Source: the human T2T-CHM13v2.0 reference genome, Homo sapiens. From it: a stretch of DNA of 64,000 nt. The translations under genes and the position numbers were made by a program. Where the stretch lies: assembly GCF_009914755.1 (NCBI RefSeq), contig NC_060933.1; one strand, written 5' to 3'. The notes below the pieces were generated by a model. It was given only the letters and a program-made list of their open reading frames with translations, had not been told where the DNA came from and searched no databases. Numbering within the stretch: position 1 is the stretch's first letter; every line of letters starts with the position of its first letter. Positions 15,375-31,955 of this stretch are shown here, piece by piece.

Positions 15375-16479
15375 CCTAAAAGGAGTGTCTTTTTCAATTG
15401 GGATCGGGTGTGTCCGGGGTCTCAGCCTCCTGTCTCCCCAGCTTGTTAGCTGTGGGCTGGTCCACGTTCCTCATTGCTTTGTATTCCATAGGGTGCATGG
15501 ATTTGGTCTCCACTCTTCCTGCCCCACAATGACCTCATGTTCCTCTTCCCAGAAGGAACACACATTGGCTGGGCCCACCCGGAAATTGAAGCTATACACA
15601 GCCCACACTGCTGTTTCTTCCACAGCAGCCGAGCCCCTGCCTCCACCCCCACTTACTTGCCATCAGAGCCTTGCTTTGGCTCATGTGTGCTAAGAGAAGG
15701 TGACCCAATTTCCAGCCTAGGAGCAAAGTCACCATGAAGTCATGCTGACCTTATTACCTCTGGTTTAGGGGGAGCCTCTGACCGAATTCTGGCAACGGAG
15801 CCATGAGGAATCTGGGAGCCCCTGAGAAAGAGTTCCGCACCGACATAAAAAAGTGAGAGCAGAGGTTCACCGCTCTCCTTCCACTGGTGCTGTCCTGACT
15901 GACGTGAGGTCACCTTAGGACCAGCGAGGAGCGAGCCCGAGGGCAGGGTGCGTGCTGGGGATGGCAGTGCCAACAGATGGAGATAGTAGGTTCTGGTAAC
16001 ACCGCAGGCCCTGGAGCGGACCGACCCTAATCTGCTCTCTCTTCCAGATCCTTGCTTGTGAGATTTAACTGTTTAAACCAGGTGAACAGGGTTTTCTGTT
16101 AACTTGTAGGTAACTGTACCTTGCACAAAAAGATTGTTTACTGAAACACTCTTGGAACTGTACAAACTCCTCAGTATCAGTAGGTAGGGGTTCAGGGAAG
16201 GGCCATGAAGCTGGCATCATGTCCAGATTTAGCTTAACCAAGGAGCAAAACATCCCTGCTTCTGCCTTTGAAAGGAGTGGTCCGTTGTTTCTTTGCTGTT
16301 TTTACACTTAAAAAAAATCTGATCAGTAGTTCTTCCTGTTGCTCAATATGTACCCATGAGGGCAGGTGGTTGGGGGCAGAGGCAGGGCGAATGGAACTAT
16401 AGCCAAAAAGGAGAGCAACACTGAAAATCTGTTGCTGAAGTCACAACTTCCTCTCAAGGCTGGAGACCTCAGGGCTCAG

Positions 16480-17070
16480 CTCTTGGCTGATTCGCTGTCC
16501 TCTCTCACAGCCTTAAATCCCAGCCAGAGTCTGATGTCTCTGCAGGATTTCCCTCCCACCACCTCTCCTGTGAGCTCCTGGTGACACAGTCCTCAGCCCT
16601 CTCCATACATCCACTCGGATGTCTCAATGTCATGTCCAGCTTAACGTGTTCAAACATGAACTCCTGGTTTTCACTTCCCAAATCTCCTTCCCTTTAAGCA
16701 TTTCCAGTCTAAGAGGCAGCAAGTCATCCACCACCCATTCAGGCCAAATGTCACAGTTGTCCTCAGTTCTTCCGGTTCTCTCAAATTTACATGCAGTTGA
16801 TCATAAAATCTGTAGAGTCTGACTTCACTCTCCTTCTGAAGTCTTACCCCATTTCACCTCTACCCTCACCCTGGATCAAGCGACCATCTCCTTCTGCCTG
16901 GGCTGCCAACATGGCCCCCACCTGGTATCCTTGCCTTGGCCTTTGCCCACCTTCAGCCTATTTTTCTGCAGCTGCCCAATTTATCTTCTCAACTCATAAT
17001 TCACATTAAAGTCCTCCAGCATATTTGTATCACACTTAGAACAAAATATAAAGGCCTTTCCTTACTATGC
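16480..17070 (+). mobile_element. L2 fragment
   Basis: 'catccactcggatgtctcaatgtcatgtccagcttaacgtgttcaaacatgaactcctgg'. Confidence 0.7.
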
Positions 17071-17264
17071 TACTCTGTGATGTATTCTAAATGTTACATT
17101 GCATTGAACTAATGAGCCTGAAAAAAGTATTGTGAGCAGATATATAAGCATTCCTGGATTGGCCATGGGGATATCAATTCATATGGATACATGGTGCAAA
17201 TCCTTAGAGTAACTGATGTGTCTAAAGAAATAATAATGTAATGATCCACATTCCAGTCACTAAT

Positions 17265-17669
17265 ATTTGAACCCTCCAAACCTCATGTTGAAATTTGATC
17301 CCAGTGTTGGAAGTGGGGCCTAATGGGAGGTGTTTGGGTCATGGGGTCGGATCCCTCATGGATGTCTTGGTGCTGGGGAGTGGGGGTAATGAGTGAGTTC
17401 TCGCTCTGTTATCTCCTGCAAGAGCTGGTTGTTAAGAAGAACCTGGCACCTCCCCTCTCTCTTGCCTCCTCTCTCACCATGTGATCTGTGCACACTCCAC
17501 CCCACCTTCCCGCATGAGTGGAAGCAGCTTGAGGCCCTCTCCAGGTGTACATGTCAGTGCCACGCTTCTGGTACAGCCTGCAGAGCCCTGAGTCAAATAC
17601 ACGTCTTTTCTTTATAAGTTTCCCAGCTTCAGATATTCCTTTATAGCAATGCAAAAATGGACTGAGGCA
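17265..17669 (+). mobile_element. MSTB-like MaLR solo LTR
   Basis: 'cctcatgttgaaatttgatcccagtgttggaagtggggcctaatgggaggtgtttgggtcatgg...cctttatagcaatgcaaaaatggactga'. Confidence 0.9.
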
Positions 17670-18415
17670 CCGAGTGACTCAGAGCACCCTTTTATCAGCT
17701 ACTCTATTGATTCCATCAGGAACTAAGACCTGTTATGGTCTTACATCACTGCAGTGAGCCTTGCCCCATCACTTGTGTGTATTACCTAAACACTAAAAGC
17801 TGCTAAGTGACAACTTTGTGGGCAAATGTAATATCAATTCCATCAGAGTTACTGGAAATACATTTTGTGTTCAAGCTTTTCCAATCACTAAACATTTTCT
17901 GTGATAGTTGTCCATGTGGCAATAAACTGCTGCTCATCCAATCTGGGAATGTGATGCATGACTAAAGTCTAATAAAGTTTTGGAAAAGATTCACACATTT
18001 CTGAATTTCATAAAGGTCTAATTATTTTGCCATTTCTCTCATCCTAAATATAATTGAAATGCAATGAGTGAGAGCCCACAGGGATTCTCTTAGTGTCCAG
18101 ATGGGCATTTCTGCTTTTCCTCATGATGGGCTGGACTATTGAAAATTAATTGGTATTTTCAGCTGTGCCAGGTTGTCAGCCAGCTCACAAGTGTAACTGA
18201 TGACTTAGTACTCGCAAACCATTTATCCTTAAACAGTAATTCCATACTAATAATTTGTTCCAACTCATTTATATCTCAATTCTTAAGCTAGAAAAAATCT
18301 CACGTAAAATGTAAAAAGTTGACTGACTAACTTCTTAGTCATCTTTGAATAAACAAATCAGGAATGTTGCTGGCCTATATGAAGTACTTCCTGTATTTAG
18401 AAAAGTTTCTGGAGT

Positions 18416-18726
<311 letters not shown>

Positions 18727-19151
18727 GTGTTTCTGGAGCATAGAAAATGGCATTTACATACTAAAATGTAATTTCTACAAATCCAAAATATTTTAAGTCA
18801 TATTTTAATTTGTTTACATAGCTTTAGAGGTTAATATAGAAAAAATATATACCTAGACATTTTTGAAAAATAAAATTTTATTGTTGAGAATAATTTTTAT
18901 TTGAACTAAATGCTTTGAAATGCTCAAAAGCTTTTGTGTGTTATGGTGGTTATGGTATGTGTGTATGTGTATATCTAAATTGTATAAAGGAGTGTGAGGA
19001 GTGTGAGTCAGTCAACTAACACAAAGTATTTTTTCTTGTTTTTGATATCAAAGCTATAATAATTCAGTAATAAATATCACGACTGTATGTCAATCCTCTA
19101 AAATTTGTTTTATTTGGGAAACAGTGAACATGTGTAGGAAATACGATTTTT

Positions 19152-19578
19152 GTATTACATGTTCTCACTCAGGTGGATGCTAAAGAGGTTCTCACTCATG
19201 TGGATGCTAAAGATGCTCACGGAGGTAGAGAGTAGAATGATAGATACGAGAGGCTGGGAAGGGCATGTGGGTCAGGGGGATGGGATAATGAGGGGAGGTT
19301 GGTCAATGGGTATCACCATACAGTTAGAAGGAATACATTCTAGGGTTCAATCACAGAAATATTAGTAGGGTGACTATAGTTAATAATGATGTATTGTATA
19401 TTTCAAAAACAGCTAGAAGAAAGGACTTGAAATGTTTCCAACACATGGAAATGATAAAAGGTGGTGGACACCCCAAATACCCTGACTTCATTACTACACA
19501 TTCCATGCATGCAATGAAATATCATATTTATGTACCCCATAAATATGTACAAATATTATGCATCAATTTAAAAAGAAA
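19152..19578 (+). mobile_element. L1MA 3' end
   Basis: 'gtagagagtagaatga...ggacttgaaatgtttccaacacatggaaatgata...gtaccccataaatatgtacaaatattatg'. Confidence 0.85.
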
Positions 19579-20556
19579 ATACAGTTTTGGGTAATTGAGT
19601 AAAACAATTTTTTTCAAATTTTGTTTTGGCTTAGTGAGAATTGATTAAAAGCATTCATCAAGATGTAGTGCTTATCTATTTTAATTTAGCCACACATTTA
19701 CTATTATTTGGATAATTATGCTTGTGACAATTTAAGTGGTCATACCAGAACAGTCGAGAAGTGGAGAGATCTTATACCTAGTTCAATGATTTGTTTAGTT
19801 TTTTGCTTCAGAACATGTCTTTCAGATGAAATGTCACCTGCAAGTTGGATGAATAAAGCAGCCTGAAGCAGACATTCTTGGGGCAGGAAGGGTGCTGGGG
19901 CCTGGACTCTTCTACCAACCCCTACTCTCCCTGCGGCAGGTGATGTGCTGGGTCTGAGGAGCAGCTTCCTGTGGCAGTAGCCCTGGTGCACACTGTCACA
20001 GAGACAATCTCTCCCTCTCAGTGACGTGGCCGCTGCGGGGCCCAGCTGTCAGGACTCAGCCCATGGCTTGTTAAGTTTTCTTATTTAAAACGTGCTTTTT
20101 AAAATCGAGTTTAAATATAGGCTCCTTGTAATTACCTAGTTAAATAACCTGACATTAGTAATCTTGTATCCGCCAAGATACCTGACATGTTAACGTGACT
20201 TACGTCTAAAGTGCAGTGATGAAAAATGTAGTTTGTTCTGCACTTGCTCTAACATATGTGCCACTCCTGGAATATAGATACGAATTGGGAAATGGAACAT
20301 TATTCATGTAATAGATATTACATTCAAGTTAAAACTGCATGCACGTAAGTAGAGTATGCACAGGCTCTAAAGGCCGGAAGCAAATAAAGAAACATAATGT
20401 TGTCAAAGAGATCTCCAGTCTTAAAAAGCAAGAAAATGATGTGGACACACCAATGAGTAAAAATACGAAACAAAATAAAATAGAGGATGGGGTTTCTTTT
20501 TACTTGGAGGAAAGGGGTGAAAGCACACAGAAGACTACAGAAAGTGAGAATGTTTA

Positions 20557-20873
20557 TTTTTATTTTGTTTTATTTTATTTTATTTTATTTTATTTTTGAG
20601 GAGTCTTGCTCTGTCGCTCAGGCTGGAGTGCAAAGGTGCAATCTTGGCCCATTGAAACCTCCGTCTCCCAGGTTCAAGTGATTCTCCTGCTTCAGCCTCC
20701 CAAGTAGCTGGGATTACAGGCACCCTCCATGACACCCAGCTAATTTTGTATTTTTAGTAGAGATGGGGTTTCACCATCTTAGCCAGCCTGGTCTCGAACT
20801 CCTGACCTGGTGATTCACCAGACTTGGCCTCCCAAAGTGCTGGGATAACAGACGTGAGCCGCTGCGCCCGGCC
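20557..20873 (-). mobile_element. AluS (Sg-like) with (TTTTA)n tail
   Basis: TSD gagaatgttta (20546 / 20874). Confidence 0.95.
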
Positions 20874-21119
20874 GAGAATGTTTACTTTTAAAACTGAATC
20901 GGTACATTCATGCTCATTATGTTGTCATTGTATGTCGGTTGTATAGATTTTATGAATATTATTTTGTATCTATGCCTACTTGCCTCCCTTTCAGAGTTAC
21001 ATATGCTATGTAAACTAATAAAAATACTGCTTAAAATATTTCGGATTTGTAGAAACTACATCTGAGTATGTAAATGCAACTTCCCATGCTCCAGAATGTT
21101 TCTAAATTGGTTAGGTTTG

Positions 21120-21640
21120 CGCCTTTTTGCATTTTATATAAATGGAAGCATGTTGCATGTACTCTCATGCAGCCTTACTTCTTTCATGCAGTATTATGTT
21201 CCTGATTTTCATGTACATTGTTTCTCACAGCTGCAATGTATTCTTTTTCTCTACTCTATGGTATTCCATTGGGTGCATATCCATGATTTATTGATCCATT
21301 CTGTGGATAATGTACTCTGAATTATTTTTGTTCATTTGATTAGACAGATTAAAACAATATTTCAGTAAATATCTATGTATGGTGCCTTCCGATTCTACAA
21401 GTCTACTCCAAGATACAAAACTAAGAGAGGCAAATTTGAGTGGTAGAGTATGTATATTTTCTGTTATTTGAATGAAAATAATAAATATTGTATTCAAAGG
21501 TGGTTGTGGCAATGGATACTCCCTCAACAACGTGTGTCTCTAGGTTGCTCCACATCCTTGGCAAGTCTTAATGCCATCCACCTTTTCAATGTTTGCCAAT
21601 CGGGTGGGTTCCTGATCAGAAAAGAAGTTAATTGTGAGAT
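21120..21640 (-). mobile_element. Old L1M (L1ME-like) fragment
   Basis: 'tatataaatggaagcatgttgcatgtactc', 'gtattccattgggtgcatatccatgatttattgatccattc'. Confidence 0.55.
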
Positions 21641-22000
21641 TTCATTATCAATACAATAAACCGGTGGTCACCAACCAAATCTCATAATTGAGGAGGGACA
21701 TGGTTCTAATTTCACTGAGATACAATTCATACCAACGTTCTAAAAAAAAAAAGCACATTTTGTGAATGCAAGACATTGGTAGGTTTATTGTCAGAGATCT
21801 TATAAGGGAGGACAAGAGCTGTTTCAGTTGCTTGAAAGAGTCTCAGACTGTACATGGTTCATCTGCGGTTTTCTTCAATTAAGAGCATTTTGCCAGTCAC
21901 ATTTTGACTCAAAAAACTCTGTGGTACCCATCAAATGAGTAACATACACACATGCACACACACAGGCACACACACACTTATCCTATAAGAAAGGTACTCT

Positions 22001-22580
<580 letters not shown>

Positions 22581-22845
22581 TATGTGAGGGCTTAAAGTAA
22601 AAGTTGCAGGCACAAGAAAACATCCCCAAAGCACTGAATCATGAATGTGAAAATAGGAAACTAGTCCGGAGATTACTAGAAATGACTGATTTCAGGCCAG
22701 TGACTTTCTACCATATTAGGCCTCATGACCTTTGGTTATTCAGGTTTGCAGGCTTCCATTTGACCTTGTAAGTTTCCAAAAGCAGAAGTAGTCTTGGCTT
22801 CTCTTTCTGGCAACTGGCATAACTTTCCTAAGAGACAATTTTATT

Positions 22846-23283
22846 TGAGGAAAGAAAAGAACTCTTATCTGAGAAATGCAAGTCCTTTTAATTATCAGGC
22901 CCAAAGAGAGATTAAAATGAGGCAGCAGTCACGTCCTCCTCCCTGCTTTGAGCTCTGTATTCCTCTCTTGGAACTGCTTGCTTTTGCCACCAGCAGCTGT
23001 AAATTAACTTAATAATGCCACACCCTACAGCTTAAGGATGTATAGCGAATCATTAATCAATGTTATTTCTGTAAAGCAGTAAGGATTCCTGACAAACCAG
23101 TTTGTATCAGCCCACTCCCTGTCCCCCATTTTTTGTCTTTATAAACCTACTTGTAACTGCTGCTAAATGGAATGTATATGGTGGCAACTTCAATCTTATG
23201 CTCCTGGGTTGCAATCTTAAGCTTGGCCCAAATAAACTCCATTGATACTAATTTTGCCTCAGCTTCCTCCTTCTAGGTCAACA
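22846..23283 (+). mobile_element. ERV solo LTR (LTR47-like)
   Basis: TG...CA termini, TATA-like 'tataaa', 'aataaa' near the 3' end, TSD tatt/catt; family name from memory. Confidence 0.7.
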
Positions 23284-23298
23284 CATTTCTTGCTCTGA

Positions 23299-24619
<1,321 letters not shown>

Positions 24620-25726
24620 AGTTAGTTTTAATTTTCTACCTTCGGAAGGGATGTTAGGTGAGGCCCCCGTGCTGGTTCAGATTGCCAGAAGCAACACTAG
24701 TGTAGCAAGTGCCTCTCCGTCCATTCCCATGCCCATGGGGCAGGGTTACATAGGTACAGAACCAGTGGGCTGTCTCGACCACTAGGCAGTACAGCAGCAT
24801 TCCCTGTCAATTCCAGCCTTGTCAGACAGGGTGAAGGTAAAATCTGCTCTACCAGTTTCTTAGAAATTGTGACATCAAAGTTTAAAAGTATAGTTACAGA
24901 TTCTTGTTTCAGGGGCATTCCTGTTTGTGGCACCTGCAGTTGCAGCCATTGTCCCAGAACACGGCATCAGGTAGGAAAAAGGAAAGGTGAAGTGATGTGG
25001 GGAATAATTTAAAAAGCACTGTTGAACTGGTATCTTCTCACTGTGGGAAACATTGTATAGCCATACCAGCCTCCTCACCTACCTCCCCTTCTCCAGGTCC
25101 CCCAGAAAGGAGACGAATCGCGCAAGGGGAGATGTGCCCTTGGTACCCCTCATGTTCAGTGTGACCACACACTCAGAGGCATACGAGTTAGCTCTTCATG
25201 CTTTTCTGTCTCCTGGTGTTAAGTAACCCATGTTTCAACTGCCCATCCCAATTCTCTATGAACTTATTACTCTGAGAATAATAGCTCTATAAAATGTGTT
25301 CCATAGGCTGAAGAAATGTGACTCAATGGCTCAAATCGGTGAATTTATTAAGTTATAATAAATAAAAGTGTATGGCTAACATGTTGAAAGAAATGTTAAT
25401 GACTTCACTGAAAAAGACCCACATAAATGACGGCAACAGACTTAGATCTTGCCACATATTTTATTTAATGTTTTATCTGCCAGCACACACAGCTACAGAT
25501 AAAACTTGGATGCAGTAAGATATAACGTCATGAAATCGTATGAAAAGGAAGACAGAAATTAGTCACATAAATGATACTCAACAATGGGTTGTATGATTAA
25601 CTGGTTTAGAGTGGGTCTTAGGACTTTCAAAAAGAGTTGAAAAATAGGTAGAAAACTGAAGGAAAAAATGTAAATATATTTTGTGGGCAAAGCTATCGAG
25701 GTCGTAGGATTAAAGAAGATGGGGCT

Positions 25727-26098
<372 letters not shown>

Positions 26099-26666
26099 TT
26101 AAGTTAAACCAACAACACTGTGGTTAATAATAATTGTCAGCAAGATCTTTTCTGCAGCATCATTGTATCTGATCTCTTCTCAATAAAAAAATTGTTTCCT
26201 ACATCAGTTTCTCTTTATTTCTCCCTATCCTTCAGAGTGAAAATTTCTTCTTCCTCTCTTTCCAAGACAAGTCCTGCCACCGGAGCAATGTCACACTTTC
26301 TCCTCTCAGAATAATTTGTGATTTTTCAAATATTTATGGAATACCTACTATGGAGGTCTGTCACGTGCTGGGCACTGTGATAGGCACCTATGGATGGGAT
26401 TCTGTGCTGCAAAGTAATGTACAGGATGTAGAGGGGAGAAAATCATTTACGTAAATAGCTGTAACCCAGAACAGAAAGGGGCAGCTGACATAAAGACACA
26501 CAGAATGTGCGGGTTATAAGTGCCTGTTTATGGGGGCAGTTGCAGGAGCTGAGGTTTGATTATGGGCAAGATATGGACAAAGGCATGTTCTATGGCCATG
26601 CCATGAAAACAAAGGGGCAGAGGCGTGCATACAAATCTGGAGGCAGCTGCTCCAACTCCTAAATAG

Positions 26667-27647
<981 letters not shown>

Positions 27648-27649
27648 TC

Positions 27650-27726
27650 GGGGCGGGGGGGGGGGTGGGGGGGTGGTGTGTGTGTGTGTGTGTGTGTCTC
27701 GTGTGTGTGTGTGTGTGTGTGTGTGT
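27650..27726. repeat. G-rich tract followed by interrupted (TG)n
   Basis: ggggc-G11-t-G7-tgg, then two (TG) runs split by 'ctc'. Confidence 0.95.
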
Positions 27727-29111
27727 CTGAAACCAGTGTTTCTCAGCTTGATCATCAGGGTTGCTAAAAAATATTTGGTAGGAATGAAGTAGACTTTTAA
27801 AAGATGAAAGCATATATTAACTTAGATGCATCTTGTTTACCTCGATATCTTAACACCTCTCATGGTGCCCAGCATACAATAGGTTCTCAGCAAATGTATA
27901 CAGAGAGTACATGGATGGATGGATGGGTGGATGGATGAATACAGAATTGAATAACTTAATATTCTTTTCACTAGATACATTTTTTAACAAAATACTTTCT
28001 CCTTTTACATAGGATTCTATTTATGTTTAATGAACAAAAAAATTAGTTTCAATGAAAACTTTATTTGAAATGATGAATTCAAGCTGTTACCAGCCTCCCA
28101 AGTAAGATGCCAGAGACTTCAAACACTGCTGTTGTTTCTCAAGGAAAAGATCCAGTTAACAAGGAATCATTCTCTCTTCTTCAATAGCTGCTTACGGTAA
28201 ATAAAATCTCTTCCTCCTTTTAATATTTTACATAAGAGAACATTTTAAAATTGTATTAAAAAAAAAAACATGAGAAAGAATGATAGCCTTAAGTGAGTTA
28301 AGTGAGTTTTCTCACTGCGCTTATAGCCCTTCCCAATTTTGTGTTCTGTATATTTAGGATGGCTGGTGGGTGGGAAGGCCAGGAGCCAGAGGTGTACCAC
28401 AGCTGCTGTGCCTGCCAAAGAACAAGCAGGTGTTCTGGTTTTTTGTTCGTATTCTTTAAGGTCAGTGAACTGGCTGGTTTCCATTTCTCATCTTAGCCTA
28501 CGTCGTTCTTAAAGGTTCTGTCTCACAAGGAAATTGTTCAAGAGCTTAACCAAGCAAGTGTGGCTATCCCAAGTGAAATGGAGAAATAGACCAGCATCCC
28601 TCATGAGCCAGGCTCAGTCCTCACTTTTACCATCAAATATTGACATTATGAATGTTATTGTTTCTCTATAAAGCATCTGCACAAATTCCATGTTTTAATA
28701 TATTAGTTCGGTGTTTCTCATTATTTGGAAATCAGGCCTTTTTTGATAAGCATGTCAGAAAATAGCAGAATCAGAAACAATATCAGATATATCAAGAGCA
28801 GGAGAGTGACAATGGGCAGAGCTTCTTTCCAGGCTTTGGGAGTAGTTGACAATAGGCTAGCTGAAAGATTAAAAAAGAAAGTTAATGATGGGTCACCTTA
28901 AGGGAGCTGGTAAACTAGTTGTGAGGTAAAATAAAGAGGTCTGGGACCAGAGAAATAGCAGAAAGAATGGGACTGATCTAGGATAGAAGTAAAATCTAAA
29001 TTGAAAGAAAAAACAAATTACGGCTCTGATTCCTTCTCTGGGGAGACTTCAATGTGTGCTTGTCAAAGTGAGGTTTTTTTTTTTTTTTTTTCTGTTATAG
29101 ATAGTTAAAAG

Positions 29112-29939
<828 letters not shown>

Positions 29940-30003
29940 AAAGAAATTAGCATGTTACTTTTTGAGGGGGAAGGCTCTGACTGAGCTAACATGTTATGGG
30001 TTT

Positions 30004-30512
30004 TGTAGGGGTGAAAAAGCAATACCTTTTCCTCACCCATCACAAGGGTCATGGCTGACACCTTGATAACAAAAGACAGATTAACAAGAGAAAAGCATAA
30101 AAATTTATTTAACTAAAGTTTTGCATGGCACAGGAGGTTTCAGAAATGAAGATCTAGAGAAAAGCGTGTACTTGTATGCTTAGGTTTGATATAGAATAAA
30201 CAGTCATGTAGAACTATGATTGGATGAAAGGGTGTGACGTAATGGTAATAAACTGGGGGGAACTTAGAAAGGTCTCTTGTTCAGATTCTCCTTGGCCTTT
30301 CTGAGTAGCATTCCTTCCCCCTGGGAATGGGGCAGGGCTCCTATGGAGTGAGGGTCTTACAACTTAATTTCAGGTGAGGAAGGTCAGAGAAATCGTTTAT
30401 AACTATGTTTTACACAGAAAGGTGGGAGGAGGTCAGAGTGACTTTCTTGTTCTGCAGTCTCCTCGATTGCCAAGGCACCATATTTGGAGGTATCGTGTTC
30501 TGGTCCCCAGCA
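30004..30512 (-). mobile_element. MER39B-like solo LTR
   Basis: tgtagggg...ccccagca; collinear with the adjacent MER39. Confidence 0.8.
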
Positions 30513-31554
30513 AGTTATATGGGGTACTGTGCATTTGTTGCCCCTACATAGTTTTCAATATATGCTAATTCATGGGTGCGGCAGAGCATAGACCGTACAT
30601 GCTCTGTTTCTGGGAACCTGTTGCTCAATCTCTAAAGTTGGCTCATTCATCTTGCGTGTAAAATGAGAATATAAATCTCATTTAAAAAAAAAGTCTTGAG
30701 CTAAGAGATGATTCACGCATAAGATTCAGCACACTGTCTGGCACAGAGTAAGTGCTTTCCAAAATGAACATTATGTTAGATATAATTTCCAAAACACACA
30801 CTCTTGTGTATTAAGTCATTGGCAAACATACCCAAGCTTCTTGGCTCACTGATATGATGGACTCTGCGATTCACATCCTGAGAAGGGTGTGGGCATCACA
30901 TGCACAATGCGGCTCATCACAGAGGATTTTTCCAGAACATAAATGCTACACATCCCTCCCTATGAGAAGATTCACATTTCTTTCTTTTGAATGAGAGGAG
31001 AAATTCTACACAATAGAAATAGTAATTTGAATAAGAGAATATACCTTTGAATTCACAATTCAGGCAGACTGTATTCTTTGTCTTCTTGAAGACAAGAATA
31101 GTTCTTGATTTTTTTTTCTCAATTTTGAAGAGCATGAAGTTTAGGAAAAAAATATGTGTAAGTGGTCGTTGACAAGTGTTCTAACCCTCTTAAGATATTA
31201 TTCATTGCCAAAATGGAAAGCGTTTAAGTGAATATCCTTCCCAAGGATTCTGAAATGCCCCCTGAGAAGAGGGCAACAATTGTTTTGGGGATTTTTCTGT
31301 AAAGGGGAGTATGTGACAACAAGGAGGCTGGTCCTGTGTGCTTCCTATGGTGGCATGAGCATATGCATTCTCTAAAATATAATCATAGGTGTATATACAC
31401 GTATATATGCATGTGTGTATTGTGTGTGTGTATTTCTCTACATATTCTTTTAAATAGTGTTCTCAACTATATATAATATTCTATAATCCATTGTGGGCCT
31501 CTACAAATAATCAGTTAAAGTGTTGCTTAATAGCTACATGATCACAAAGGTCAG

Positions 31555-31955
31555 AAACCCAGTCAGGACCAAATCATGTAGAGTCTTAGAGGCCACCACT
31601 AGGAATTTGTATGTCATTCGAAGTGGCCGGGGAGCATTTCAAGAGCTTTGAAGCATGGGAGTGATATGATCTGATTTACATTTTCAAAAGATCACTCTCG
31701 ATGTTTGTAGGCGGAGTTGGGGGATATAAACTCCTCAGGGGGCCACTACATCCCACTACAGACGATGCTGGCTCAGAGCCCAGAGTCTGGTTTAGAGCTG
31801 GTGAGACATGGATTGTATTCAGAAGGTAGAACAGCTGTGAGGACCAGGAGAGAGGAAAGAGAAACAATGATAAGTTTCTGGCTTGAGGATTTGAGTAGAT
31901 GGCCATTTCATTAACTGAGATAGAAAAGACAGGAGGATGAGCAGTCGGGGTTGGA
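31555..31955 (-). mobile_element. L2 fragment
   Basis: 'gtgatatgatctgatttacattttcaaaagatcactc', 'catttcattaactgagatagaaaagac'. Confidence 0.75.

Noticed and set aside
15313-15693. 126-aa ORF in GC-rich sequence
   Set aside because: Starts inside the MER31 LTR; no recognisable domain; overlapping ORFs of similar size on both strands suggest chance.
20209-20246. Box C-like GTGATGA inside an 8-bp terminal stem (aagtgcag/ctgcactt), snoRNA-like
   Set aside because: Under 40 nt and no box D (CTGA).
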